Below are positions 1-10,029 of a DNA stretch of 64,000 bases, piece after piece (position 1 is the stretch's first letter; each line of letters begins with the position of its first letter). This stretch comes from an uncultured Gammaproteobacteria bacterium. Lineage in GTDB: Bacteria > Pseudomonadota > Gammaproteobacteria > CAMYKB01. The DNA is taken from assembly GCA_947258875.1 (NCBI GenBank), contig CAMYKB010000001.1, forward strand, positions 52,081 through 116,080, written 5' to 3'. The notes below the pieces were generated by a model that was not told the DNA's origin, searched no databases, and saw nothing but the letters and a program-made list of their open reading frames with translations. Position numbers and translations under genes: made by a program.

Positions 1-1
1 G

Positions 2-1594
2 ACATCTACCGGAATCACGCGCCGCTTTACCGATCGCCTTGTATTGAATCTGCAAAATGGCTATGTAGGCTTCATCAAATATTTTACTCGCCATCCCCTA
101 TTAACTATTTTGATTTTTATCCCGGCGTTTACGCTGGCAATCATATTCGCCGTGAATGCTGAGCGCACCGACCTACCGCGTTTGGACAATGGCACAGTTA
201 GGATCATTGTGCGTGGTGACCCCGGCATGCAACTTGAGGAAATGGACAGCACAGTGCGCAAACTTGAGTCCCTGTTCCTCGCACAAGCCGACGTCGCCAA
301 TGTGTACACCCAGGCAGGTGGTTTTGTATTTGGCCGTACCGAACGCCAGAGCAGCGACCGCAGCACCATGACCATTGAACTCAAACCTATGGCCACACGC
401 GGTATCAGCAGCGAAGACTGGATCAATCGCACCCAAAAACAGATCGACAAACTGGGCCTCAGTGGTTTCAGAATTATCATGCGAGTGCAGAATGTGCGCG
501 GTCTGCGCACCAGCCGCGGTGATGACGATATCAGCATACGCGTGCAAGGGCCGGATCTCGACACGCTCGCCGCAATTGGCGACGAGATCATCGAACGCAT
601 ACGCGACCTCAAACTCATTCGTAATGCCGAACACACCTATGAAGGACGCCGCGACGAGATGCTGGTACGTATCGATCGTGAGCGCGCCGCCGACTTGCGT
701 GTCAATGTGATCGATATCAGTCGCGCCCTGCGGGTTGCACTGGATGGTATTGTCGTTAGCGATTATCTGGAAGGCGACCGCGAATACGACGTGCGCTTAC
801 GCCTTCCCCAGGACAGTATCACCTCGCCCGAAGATCTGGGAAATGTCATTGTCGACGTACGTCAGGGCGCAGCCATTCGTTTGCGTGACGTTACCCGCAT
901 CAGCTTTGCACAGGAACCCAACAGTATTTTACGAGACAGGCAACTACGAGCGATGGAAGTCAGTGCCAGCCTGAGTGGCAACGCCACACTCAGTAAAGTC
1001 ATGGAAGAAATTGAAACCAGGCTCCGCGACCTTGAATTACCCGCTGGCTACACTCTCTACGACGCCGGTGCCAGCGAAACACTCAAGAAGGGTCAGTCAT
1101 TGATAATGTATATGCTTGCCCTGGCGGTGTTTATGGTATTCGTCGTAATGGCGGTGCAATACGAATCCTTACGTAATCCGCTGGTGATCATGTTCAGCAT
1201 TTTGTTTACTCCCATCGGGGTGGCAGCAGGATTATTTTTGCTCGAGATGCCAATATCCATGCCCGTGGGGCTGGGAATGATTATGCTTGCCGGCATTGTG
1301 GTAAATAATGCGATTGTCTATGTCGAACAAATCGGCATCGAACGTGAACACGGCCACAACGTTATTGACGCCATCACGCTTGCCGGCCGTGCGCGCCTGC
1401 GGCCCATACTCATGACTGCGCTCACCACCGTGATGGGCATGCTGCCCCTGGCAATTGGCCTGGGTGAAGGTTCAGAAATGTTGCAACCCCTGGCGGTGGT
1501 GATCGTATGGGGTTTGAGTTTTTCAACATTAGTGAGCCTGGTACTTGTACCGTCGTTTTACCGACTATTTCACCACGTAACAGTGACTGCATAA
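2..1594 (+). CDS. RND efflux permease (AcrB/AcrD/AcrF family), C-terminal part; gene starts upstream of the window
   Basis: Frame is open from position 2. C-terminal RND motifs QYESLRNPLVI, GIVVNNAIV, RARLRPILMT and PLAVVIVWGL are present. Confidence 0.93.
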   Translation, partial: TSTGITRRFTDRLVLNLQNGYVGFIKYFTRHPLLTILIFIPAFTLAIIFAVNAERTDLPRLDNGTVRIIVRGDPGMQLEEMDSTVRKLESLFLAQADVANVYTQAGGFVFGRTERQSSDRSTMTIELKPMATRGISSEDWINRTQKQIDKLGLSGFRIIMRVQNVRGLRTSRGDDDISIRVQGPDLDTLAAIGDEIIERIRDLKLIRNAEHTYEGRRDEMLVRIDRERAADLRVNVIDISRALRVALDGIVVSDYLEGDREYDVRLRLPQDSITSPEDLGNVIVDVRQGAAIRLRDVTRISFAQEPNSILRDRQLRAMEVSASLSGNATLSKVMEEIETRLRDLELPAGYTLYDAGASETLKKGQSLIMYMLALAVFMVFVVMAVQYESLRNPLVIMFSILFTPIGVAAGLFLLEMPISMPVGLGMIMLAGIVVNNAIVYVEQIGIEREHGHNVIDAITLAGRARLRPILMTALTTVMGMLPLAIGLGEGSEMLQPLAVVIVWGLSFSTLVSLVLVPSFYRLFHHVTVTA

Positions 1595-1618
1595 AGCCAA
1601 CGGGTTACACTCCGGAGT

Positions 1619-3199
1619 ATGAAACGTTATCGAATCGGCATAATGCTCGTGATCAGCCTGATCTCTGGCGGAGCGATCATCATGACAAGCGTCGGCGGAG
1701 ATACGCCCATGGTTGAACTCTCGCAGCTTGATGTAGATGCAAACGCCGTGCGTCATCACCGTGACGGCATGCGTGACATCCTGCAATTCATGCAGCAGCA
1801 CGCAGACACCTTCCCGACAGAGGCAGGCGAACGCCGCTTGCTGAGTACAGAAGAAAAAACGCTGTTGTTCGATGCCTGGAACCGCATGCTGGATTATCAA
1901 CTTGCCCTGGAACACATCAAACAAAACCACAAAGTTTTTTATAAAATCAAAAACAAGGCCACGCGGCGCACTTCTGAGGCCATCCTGTTCGCTGCCTTTC
2001 TTACCCAATATCGTTATGCACTGGAATTCATACACCGCATTGAAAACAATCCTTCGTTGGATGCCCTGCTCAATGACACGCAACCCGAGTACGGCATACC
2101 GGCTGGCACCTATGCCGATTTTAAATTCCGCTACCTAAACCTGGATCGGGCCGCAGAGTTCACAGCACTGGCAGCGGTCTATGAGGCGAGCGGCAAAAAA
2201 CATGCAGGCAATTTGCGAACAGGTATTAGTGAAGACGCAAGATACTTATGGAAGGCCGGCGTGAGCCACGGGCCCAAACTCACCGCTAAAAATGGCATCG
2301 ACATCGTCACCAATGCGGCGTTCTCGGTATGGTTCCCGGTGCAAACCAATGTCGCCACCTGGATGGGTGACACCAAGGTCTACCGTAAAGACGAATACCT
2401 TATCTCAGACCAGCAAATCGCCGACCTGGGTGATCGCCTGCAACCCGGCGATATTCTGTTAGAACGCCGCGAGTGGCATGTCTCCAATGTCGGCCTGCCC
2501 GGCTTCTGGCCGCACGCCGCGTTCTTTATCGGCACTACAGAACAGCGCCGCGATTATTTTGACGATGACAGCGTACATGCATGGGTCAAGACACAGGGCC
2601 AGGGCGATGGTGACTTTGAGAACCTGCTAAAGACACGTTATCCCGAGGCCTACGCCGACAGTCTTAGCCCTCAAGAGGACGGACACATACCGCGCATCAT
2701 CGAAGCCATTGGTGAAGGCGTTAGCTTTACCACCCTCGAACACTCTGCTTATGCGGATTCCGTCGCCGCCCTGCGCCCGCGGCTCGACAAAGTCACCAAG
2801 GCCGCCGCGATCCTTAAAACATTTCATTACAGCGGCCGCCCCTACGATTTTAACTTTGACTTCCAGACTGACTCCTCACTAGTCTGTACTGAACTAGTGT
2901 ACAAATCCTACGAACCCGACCAAGACAAACCCGGACTCACCTTCCCTGTTAAAGAAGTCATGGGTCGTCTCGTCACCGCACCCAATGACATCGCCAGGAT
3001 GTTTGACGAGCAACATGGCAGCGAGCAACAACAACTCGATCTCGTCGCCTTCCTCGACGCCGATGAATTCAACAAGCATTCCAGCGAAGCCAGCGAAGCA
3101 GAATTCCGCAACAGCTGGCAACGGCCGAAGTGGCACATCTTAAAGGGCGGCTTGAAGTCGTTGGCTATGAAAAACATTGACCCATCAGCCAACGATTAG
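1619..3199 (+). CDS. Permuted papain-like NlpC/P60 amidase (YiiX/YebB-like) with N-terminal membrane anchor
   Basis: LQPGDILL...FWPHAAFFIG (His) precedes YDFNFD...LVCTELVY (Cys), the permuted order. Hydrophobic N-terminus. Confidence 0.8.
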   Translation: MKRYRIGIMLVISLISGGAIIMTSVGGDTPMVELSQLDVDANAVRHHRDGMRDILQFMQQHADTFPTEAGERRLLSTEEKTLLFDAWNRMLDYQLALEHIKQNHKVFYKIKNKATRRTSEAILFAAFLTQYRYALEFIHRIENNPSLDALLNDTQPEYGIPAGTYADFKFRYLNLDRAAEFTALAAVYEASGKKHAGNLRTGISEDARYLWKAGVSHGPKLTAKNGIDIVTNAAFSVWFPVQTNVATWMGDTKVYRKDEYLISDQQIADLGDRLQPGDILLERREWHVSNVGLPGFWPHAAFFIGTTEQRRDYFDDDSVHAWVKTQGQGDGDFENLLKTRYPEAYADSLSPQEDGHIPRIIEAIGEGVSFTTLEHSAYADSVAALRPRLDKVTKAAAILKTFHYSGRPYDFNFDFQTDSSLVCTELVYKSYEPDQDKPGLTFPVKEVMGRLVTAPNDIARMFDEQHGSEQQQLDLVAFLDADEFNKHSSEASEAEFRNSWQRPKWHILKGGLKSLAMKNIDPSAND

Positions 3200-3337
3200 A
3201 AAATTCGACTTTATTCTTCTGCGACAAACCCTAACATTGCGTTAATATTGTAAATGCCTGCTTCGTCCAGGAACGATTATTCACCTAGGCCTTGCGATAT
3301 TTTTAATATAGCGCAGTCCGCCAAAACATGGCATTCC

Positions 3338-3402
3338 TCATAACTCCGTAATAGATGGGCGCACCGCTTCCTGCGCGCTCTTATTACATCGCCTTATCAG
3401 GC
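3338..3402 (-). repeat. Degenerate attC-like site
   Basis: Minus strand reads GCCTGAT aaggcgat GTAATAagaGCGCGCA..TGCGCccatcTATTAC gga GTTATGA, an imperfect palindrome. The stop of the upstream pseudogene lies in its first box. Confidence 0.5.
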
Positions 3403-3706
3403 TTTGCTGATCGACTTTCTATGTTGGACATATAACCCACATGCGATTACAACCCCCAAAACCACCGATCATGCAGCAAGAACACCAAGTTCAATATAAC
3501 GGTCTATCCAGGAAGAAATTGGACTATTAAGGAATGTAGCGATGACCATATTTATGGTTAATATTGCTGTTCAGGCCTAACCATACATAGCACCAAACAT
3601 CGCTCCAAATAAAAGCGATCACTGAAACCAGTATGGCTGGAGTAAAATGCGCAATACTCGGAAGGCATGCCGATACTGCCAACACCAAGCTGACTATGCT
3701 TGACAT
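3397..3706 (-). pseudogene. Degraded small membrane-protein cassette gene
   Basis: MSSIVSLVLAVSACLPSIAHF... continues as hydrophobic segments (AILTINMVIATF, SVVLGVVIACGLYV) only across a frameshift and stops. Ends at GCCTGA in the attC-like box. Confidence 0.5.
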
Positions 3707-3739
3707 ACCCGCCTATCTTGTGAAAATACATTCTGAAAA

Positions 3740-3815
3740 GGCTAACTGGTTAAACTAAGTGGCACCTGAACAGCAAAGTTTTTAGGTTCAGTCTGAAATA
3801 CTCTCGTTGTTAGTC
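3740..3815 (-). repeat. attC-like site
   Basis: Minus strand GACTAAC...GTTAGCC are near-complementary R''/R' boxes with an internal TGAAC..GTTCA repeat, at the 3' end of the lipoprotein gene. Confidence 0.55.
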
Positions 3816-4582
3816 CTGCTTGTTTGAATAAAGCCTTGCCGCTTAAACCAAAACAGTATGGCACCGAGTGGAATAGATGCGGATATTATCCATGGAGCAA
3901 ATGGCCCCGCCGCTATCGCAGAGGAAGCAAACAGCCTTATACTGAATGGCTGCACCCCGAATTGACCCGTTGTCCAGTTTACACTTATGGAACCGAACCC
4001 GACCAACATAAAGAGAACCCAAAGCCATTTTTTCTTTGGAATAGGAGTGCGAATGCAGAAATAAACAGTTAGCAAAATGAAAAGCGGCACAGCTATCGCC
4101 ATCAGTAACACGCTATATTGAATAGCGGACTTCCCAATAAGGCTGAATTTATTTATCTCCTTTTGAGATGCCCCTGTTCTATAAACGTTGAACCCCACAA
4201 CTGACAGGGCTTCGCCAGACTTATGTAGCACGACATTTGCCAGCGCCCACCCACCAGAAAATTGATACTCGAATGAGAAATTTCCTTGCCATTGCGAATT
4301 AGACACGCTTATTCGAGTACCGATCAGCTCAGTGCTTAGCAGATCGCCACCCGGAAAGTACTCGGCAATCTCTAGAAGCTTTTCGTCGGTAACCTGGTTT
4401 TCGATGCTTTGATCTATGTATTGCTTAACGTAGTCGAAGTCTCTGCCATGAAGCTCTTGCAGATAATCTCGCGCGAATTGTGATTCTTCTTTAAGAGTTA
4501 ACTCATCAGTCATTTCCCCGTTGCCACACGAAGCCGCAAGCAGCAGTGTTGGGATAATGAGTATTCTTGTTAATATTTTCAT
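3788..4582 (-). CDS. Lipoprotein with C-terminal transmembrane segments (hypothetical, cassette-borne)
   Basis: Start reassigned to MKILTRILIIPTLLLAASC (lipobox), just after the GTTGGGT core. Three hydrophobic C-terminal segments. Confidence 0.75.
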   Translation of the reverse strand: MKILTRILIIPTLLLAASCGNGEMTDELTLKEESQFARDYLQELHGRDFDYVKQYIDQSIENQVTDEKLLEIAEYFPGGDLLSTELIGTRISVSNSQWQGNFSFEYQFSGGWALANVVLHKSGEALSVVGFNVYRTGASQKEINKFSLIGKSAIQYSVLLMAIAVPLFILLTVYFCIRTPIPKKKWLWVLFMLVGFGSISVNWTTGQFGVQPFSIRLFASSAIAAGPFAPWIISASIPLGAILFWFKRQGFIQTSRTNNESISD

Positions 4583-4594
4583 GCTCTTGGTGTG

Positions 4595-4671
4595 ACCCAA
4601 CACTTGAATTACCTGGCCGTAACGGCCGACAAAAAAACGGCTTAGCGTTCCGAACGAATGAATTGTCAGGC
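4595..4671 (-). repeat. attC-like site (best preserved)
   Basis: Minus strand GCCTGAC AATTCATTCgttcggaacgctaagccg...cggccgttacggccaggt AATTCAAGT GTTGGGT follows the classic RYYYAAC-aattc...ttcaag-GTTRRRY layout, 2 nt after the blc stop. Confidence 0.75.
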
Positions 4672-4673
4672 AA

Positions 4674-5186
4674 TTACTCATGTTTTACATATATTAGCCT
4701 TTTTGTATCAAAACCCAGCGCTGCGGCTTTTGCTATGAGCATATCTTTTATTTCCTCATCGATACCAGGGCTTCTGGACAATATCCACAAATAGGATTTA
4801 TCGGGCCCCGATACAAGTGAATACTGATAATTTTCATGGTCAAGCTCGAATACGATATACGCGCCATAAAAGGGGCCAAAGAAAGAAACCTTCAAGTAAC
4901 CGATATTTGGCTCATTAACGAAATAGGCCTTTCCTTCTGCTACTTTCCAGCTATTGTTTTTTATAGAAAAACCACGGTTTATTACTTTTACACCACCATC
5001 ACTACGCATACTGTAATCAGCGGTTACACTGGTCAAACCACGCTCAAATGAATGATCCAGCCTGGCGATTTCGTACCATTTTCCGAGATACTTTTCTAAT
5101 TTGAAATTATCAACGGGTTTAACATTTTCAGGGACACCAACACAGCCCGTTAATAACAAAACAAACAAAATCGTTAATTTTTTCAT
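4674..5186 (-). CDS. blc: Outer-membrane lipoprotein lipocalin Blc
   Basis: Lipobox LLTGC. Lipocalin motifs YLGKWYEIARLDHSFERG, LKVSFFGPFYG and YLWILSR. Confidence 0.93.
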   Translation of the reverse strand: MKKLTILFVLLLTGCVGVPENVKPVDNFKLEKYLGKWYEIARLDHSFERGLTSVTADYSMRSDGGVKVINRGFSIKNNSWKVAEGKAYFVNEPNIGYLKVSFFGPFYGAYIVFELDHENYQYSLVSGPDKSYLWILSRSPGIDEEIKDMLIAKAAALGFDTKRLIYVKHE

Positions 5187-5206
5187 TTACGCTTTATTCT
5201 CTAAAA

Positions 5207-5291
5207 ACCGAATGCTTAGCATCAGCCGACCTGTGCCGCAGAGCGACGATAGAAGCGGCGCAGTACAGGCTCGGCTGAATGTGTGTTAACC
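5207..5291 (-). repeat. attC-like site
   Basis: Minus strand GGTTAAC acacatt CAGCCGAgCCTGTactgcGCCGC...GCGGCACAGGTCGGCTG atgctaagc ATTCGGT is a long imperfect hairpin 5 nt after the CMD stop. The R' box is mutated. Confidence 0.65.
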
Positions 5292-5296
5292 ACCGA

Positions 5297-5684
5297 TCAT
5301 CCTGGCCTATCTTCAATTACTTCTTTTGCAGCCCTAAATGCTTCTATGCAAGCAGGAACTCCACAATATACCGCAAACTGTAAAAGCACTTCTTGAATTT
5401 CCTCTACTGTGCATCCATTTCGCAACGCACCACGCACGTGTACTTTTAATGCTGCTGCGACTTTAAGAACTGCCAATGCAGTGATGGTAATTGGACGGCG
5501 TGTTTTTTGGAATAGCCCCACGAGTCCAGACTTCACCCCAACAGTTTTAGGTAACTGAATCCTGTAATGGCTTAGTGAAAGCTGTAGCAGCATTCAGCGC
5601 CTTGTCTACATACTCAGTTCCCGGCACCGCTCTTCTTACAGGTATTCCCTTGTCATGTTTATCACGGTTATTGTAGATATACAT
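5297..5684 (-). pseudogene. Carboxymuconolactone decarboxylase (PcaC/CMD family) pseudogene
   Basis: DKGIPVRRAVPGTEYVDKAL...LQDSVT*NCWGEVWTRG lies in one frame and LKVHVRGALRNGCTVEEIQEVLLQFAVYCGVPA in another, so there is a stop plus a frameshift. Confidence 0.85.
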
Positions 5685-5916
5685 CCTTTGTTTTGGTGGC
5701 TATCGGCTACTCTACGGATCCACAGCGGCACGTAGAGCAAACCCCGCGATGTGACGCGCCATCGTAGTCTTGCCACTCGCGGGCAATCCGGAAACGAGAA
5801 CAACGCTCTTCAGCATAGGAACATCAGAATAACACGCATCCTGATGTTCAATCCGGATTTAACTACCCGCAACACATGCTATAAACTTCAACATCACACA
5901 TATAGAGGGATCCGTC

Positions 5917-6741
5917 ATGTCAGCCATTTTCCGCAACATGAGATTCGCCTGTGTATTGCTGCCACTCATTTACGGAGCCGCTAATGCGGCTGAATTGCAA
6001 TGGTTTGGACAATCCGCATTCAAGATCACCACCCAAAGCGGCAAGGTGATTCTGATTGATCCCTTTATCAGCAAGAACCCCAAGACGCCTGCAGCGCTTA
6101 AGGATCTGAAGAAACTCGGCAAGGTGGACTTGATCCTGGTGACCCACGGGCATGGTGATCACCTGGGTGATACGGCAGAGATCTCGGCCATGACGGACGC
6201 CAAGGTGGCGCTCAATGCCGATATGGGGCATACCCTGGCCTTGAACGCGCTGGTGCCTTATGAACAACTGATTCGATTCAACAAAAGCGGGCCGATCCAG
6301 CCTTTGGTCAAAGGCATCACCATAACCATGACTCACGCCGAGCACAGCTCGGAGGTGATGATCACCGACCCCGAGAGCGGCGCCAAGTCTTTACACCCGG
6401 GGGGCGAGCCTGCCGGCTACATCATCCGGCTCGAAGATGGTTTCACGATTTACCATGCCGGCGACACCGGCGTGTTTTCCGATATGAAGCTGATCGCCGA
6501 GTTGTATAAGCCCGATCTGGCGCTGTTGCCAATCGGCGGCCATTTCACCATGGACCCGGTACACGCAGCCTATGCGACTCGCGAATTGCTCGCGCCTGCG
6601 GCAGTGATCCCCATGCACTTCGGCACGTTTCCACCGTTGAAAGGCACCCCCGAAGAATTTGCTAATGCATTAGGCAAGACGAAAACCAAAATCATCAACA
6701 TGCAACCGGGAGACAGCATCCCGCTCAGGCGCCAAAACTGA
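5917..6741 (+). CDS. Metal-dependent hydrolase, metallo-beta-lactamase fold (UPF0173-like), with signal peptide
   Basis: LIDPF, THGHGDHLGD, YHAGDT, LLPIGG and IPMHFGTF motifs. Confidence 0.9.
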   Translation: MSAIFRNMRFACVLLPLIYGAANAAELQWFGQSAFKITTQSGKVILIDPFISKNPKTPAALKDLKKLGKVDLILVTHGHGDHLGDTAEISAMTDAKVALNADMGHTLALNALVPYEQLIRFNKSGPIQPLVKGITITMTHAEHSSEVMITDPESGAKSLHPGGEPAGYIIRLEDGFTIYHAGDTGVFSDMKLIAELYKPDLALLPIGGHFTMDPVHAAYATRELLAPAAVIPMHFGTFPPLKGTPEEFANALGKTKTKIINMQPGDSIPLRRQN

Positions 6742-6904
6742 TGCAACTATGTGATCCCAGAGGCTCGTACAAACAAATATTTTTATAAAACTTTTCTATC
6801 TCCAGCATCATTTCGCCGGTGATGATTACCGCCTGTCGGGCACCAGGCCTACCAAAACCCAGTAGTTATAAGGGTTGAGCGGCAGCCATTGGTTTATACC
6901 CAAG

Positions 6905-6989
6905 TTATGCACAGTTTTTGGGCAGCTTCTACAAAGCCTTACCCACAGCATATTGTGCTTGCGGAGTTTCGAAACACATCTTATAGTAC
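6905..6989 (+). promoter_or_regulatory. nrdAB control region: DnaA box plus two NrdR boxes
   Basis: TTATGCACA at 6905. CCACAGCATATTGTGC (6943) and ACACATCTTATAGTAC (6974) resemble acaCwAtATaTwGtgt and are 31 bp apart. Confidence 0.75.
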
Positions 6990-7065
6990 TTTCCCATGTT
7001 TACCCCCCCAGGCAATCTGGGTGCCGTGAATAAGTATAAGACCGTGTTAAGGGAGAGAGTTTAGA

Positions 7066-9966
7066 ATGCAGACTGATGTAGCCAGCGCCATTACAACTGA
7101 AAACCCGAACGACCCCACCCCGACAGCAGAAAATACCCAAGCCAGTGCCGAAATTGCCGCGACCGCACCCGGCAGTTACCGGGTCATTCGCCGTAATGGC
7201 AAGGTCACCGCATTCGACAAGGGCAAGATCAATGTCGCCATTACCAAGGCGTTTCTGGCTATTGAAGGTGGTAATGCCGCAGCATCCAGCCGCATCCACG
7301 AACAGGTTGATGAGCTGACCGGTCAGGTGATGCATGCCCTGACACGTAATCTCCCTGATGGCGGGACCTTCAATATTGAGGATATCCAGGATCAGGTGGA
7401 ACTGGGACTGATGCGCAGCGGCCACCACAAGGTCGCGCGCGCCTATGTACTGTACCGCGAGCAACGCTCCCAGGCGCGTGCCGCCGAGGCACTAAAAGAC
7501 AAGAAAAAACACGCCAAAGGGAAAAAAGCCGCGCAGCCAGTACTCAACGTCACCCTCGAGGACGGCAGCCGCAAGCCTCTGGATTTAGTGCGTATCAATA
7601 CCCTGGTTGCCGAGGCCTGCCGTGGCACTGATGACGTCCGCCCGGAGCCGATTGTCGAGGCACTGACGCGTAACCTCTATGACGGAGTACCCGATAAAGA
7701 GGTTGGTAATGCGCTGGCAATGAGTGCGCGCACCCTGATTGAACAGGAGCCGAATTACACTTACGTTTCGGCACGCCTGTTGCTGGATAACCTGCGGCGC
7801 GAAGGCCTCAGCTTCGTCTACAAGACGCCCACCGAAGCCACATGTGAAGAGATGGCCGAGCGTTACAGCGACTACTTCTCGAAATATATCCGCCGCGCAG
7901 TAGAGCTCGAGCTGCTAGACCCCAAGCTGGCAAATGAGTATGACCTGGATCAGCTGGGTGCCGCGCTCGTCCCCGATCGCGACCAGCAGTTTACCTACCT
8001 GGGCCTGCAGACATTATATGACCGCTACTTTATCCACCATGACGGCACCCGTTTCGAGCTGCCGCAGGCCTTTTTCATGCGTGTGGCGATGGGCCTGGCG
8101 ACCAATGAAGTTGAGCGTGAGCTGCGTACCATAGAGTTCTATAACCTGTTGTCCTCGTTTGACTTCATGAGCTCGACTCCCACCCTGTTCAACTCGGGTA
8201 CCTTGCGCCCACAACTGTCATCTTGTTACCTGACAACCGTGCCGGACGACCTGCATGGCATCTTCGACTCTATTAAAGATGACGCCATGTTGTCCAAGTT
8301 TGCCGGCGGCCTGGGTAATGACTGGACACGTGTGCGTTCCATGGGCGCTCACATCAAGGGCACCAACGGTAAGTCACAAGGTGTCGTGCCCTTCCTGAAA
8401 GTGGCCAACGACACGGCTGTGGCCGTCAACCAGGGAGGTAAGCGCAAAGGCGCCATGTGCGCTTACCTGGAAACCTGGCACCTCGATATCGAGGAATTCG
8501 TCGAGTTGCGCAAAAACACCGGTGATGACCGCCGCCGCACGCACGACATGAATACCGCAAACTGGATTCCTGACCTTTTCATGAAACGCGTGTCGGAAGA
8601 TGCCGGGTGGACGCTGTTCTCACCCAATGAAGTGCCTGACCTGCACGACCTTTACGGCCAGGAATTTGAGCAGCGCTATTGTGAATATGAAGACAAGGCA
8701 GTGCGCGGCGAAATCCGCAATTTCAAGTCGATTAAGGCTGGTGATCTGTGGCGCAAAATGCTCGGCATGTTGTACGAAACCGGGCACCCTTGGGTGACCT
8801 TCAAGGATCCTTGCAACTTGCGTTCACCGCAACAACATATCGGGGTAGTGCATTCCTCTAACCTGTGCACCGAGATTACGCTGAACACCTCGGATGATGA
8901 AATCGCAGTATGCAACCTTGGTTCTATCAACATGGCTGCGCACATTAACGAAAACGGTCTGCAGCTTAAAAAGCTGGAACGCACCATCAACACCGCCATG
9001 CGTATGCTGGATAATGTTATCGAGTACAACTACTACAGCGTTTCCAAGGCGCGGCGCTCCAATCTGCGTCATCGTCCGGTTGGCCTCGGCATTATGGGTT
9101 TCCAGGACGCTCTATATAAACAGCGCATTGCGTATACCAGCGAAGACGCCGTGGAGTTTGCCGACCGTTCCATGGAAGCCATCAGTTATTACGCGATCCA
9201 GGCCTCATCCGACCTAGCCGAAGAGCGTGGCAGTTATGCGTCTTTTAAGGGTTCATTATGGAGCCAGGGCATACTGCCCATCGACTCCGTGCAAAAACTC
9301 GAAGATGCCCGCGGTGGTTATCTGCAGATGGACCGCAGTGCAACCATGGACTGGGACAGCTTGCGCGAACGCGTGAAAAAGGTCGGCATGCGCAACTCCA
9401 ACACCATGGCGATCGCGCCGACAGCCACCATTTCCAATATCTGCGGTGTTACACAGAGCATTGAACCCACCTACCAGAACCTGTTTGTTAAATCTAACCT
9501 CTCGGGTGAGTTCACGGTTGCCAACCCTTACCTGATTCAAGACCTCAAGGACCGCAAACTATGGGATGAAGTGATGGCCAATGATCTCAAGTATTTCGAT
9601 GGCAGCGTGCAGGCAATTGAACGCATGCCACAGGAACTCAAGCAGATCTATGCCACGGCCTTCGAGATCGACGCACGCTGGCTGGTAGAGGCTGCATCAC
9701 GCCGGCAAAAATGGCTGGATCAGGCGCAGTCACTCAACCTGTATATGGCCGAACCTTCAGGCAAAAAACTCGACAACCTGTACAAACTTGCCTGGGTGCG
9801 CGGACTCAAGACCACCTATTACCTGCGTTCCATGGGCGCCACCCATGTGGAGAAATCCACCATGGCCAACGCCGGCCGCGCCAACAAGTTGAATGCTGTC
9901 AGCAACGCCGCCGAGGTACCCCAGGCCTGCTCAATCCTAGACCCGGATTGCGAAGCCTGCCAGTAA
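7066..9966 (+). CDS. nrdA: Class Ia ribonucleotide reductase alpha subunit with two N-terminal ATP-cone domains
   Basis: VIRRNG ATP cone and a second cone (VTLEDGSRKPLD). QLSSC, SNLCTEI, VCNLGS, TTYYLRS and C-terminal CSILDPDCEAC. Confidence 0.97.
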   Translation: MQTDVASAITTENPNDPTPTAENTQASAEIAATAPGSYRVIRRNGKVTAFDKGKINVAITKAFLAIEGGNAAASSRIHEQVDELTGQVMHALTRNLPDGGTFNIEDIQDQVELGLMRSGHHKVARAYVLYREQRSQARAAEALKDKKKHAKGKKAAQPVLNVTLEDGSRKPLDLVRINTLVAEACRGTDDVRPEPIVEALTRNLYDGVPDKEVGNALAMSARTLIEQEPNYTYVSARLLLDNLRREGLSFVYKTPTEATCEEMAERYSDYFSKYIRRAVELELLDPKLANEYDLDQLGAALVPDRDQQFTYLGLQTLYDRYFIHHDGTRFELPQAFFMRVAMGLATNEVERELRTIEFYNLLSSFDFMSSTPTLFNSGTLRPQLSSCYLTTVPDDLHGIFDSIKDDAMLSKFAGGLGNDWTRVRSMGAHIKGTNGKSQGVVPFLKVANDTAVAVNQGGKRKGAMCAYLETWHLDIEEFVELRKNTGDDRRRTHDMNTANWIPDLFMKRVSEDAGWTLFSPNEVPDLHDLYGQEFEQRYCEYEDKAVRGEIRNFKSIKAGDLWRKMLGMLYETGHPWVTFKDPCNLRSPQQHIGVVHSSNLCTEITLNTSDDEIAVCNLGSINMAAHINENGLQLKKLERTINTAMRMLDNVIEYNYYSVSKARRSNLRHRPVGLGIMGFQDALYKQRIAYTSEDAVEFADRSMEAISYYAIQASSDLAEERGSYASFKGSLWSQGILPIDSVQKLEDARGGYLQMDRSATMDWDSLRERVKKVGMRNSNTMAIAPTATISNICGVTQSIEPTYQNLFVKSNLSGEFTVANPYLIQDLKDRKLWDEVMANDLKYFDGSVQAIERMPQELKQIYATAFEIDARWLVEAASRRQKWLDQAQSLNLYMAEPSGKKLDNLYKLAWVRGLKTTYYLRSMGATHVEKSTMANAGRANKLNAVSNAAEVPQACSILDPDCEACQ

Positions 9967-10029
9967 ATTGAACATATCGATTTATAAACAATAATTGCCA
10001 CTGAACCTGTTACTAAGGGGAACACAAAG

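Noticed and set aside
4583-4681. 33-aa N-terminal extension of ORF 3788..4681
   Set aside because: It runs through the attC-like site. The lipoprotein signal starts at 4582.
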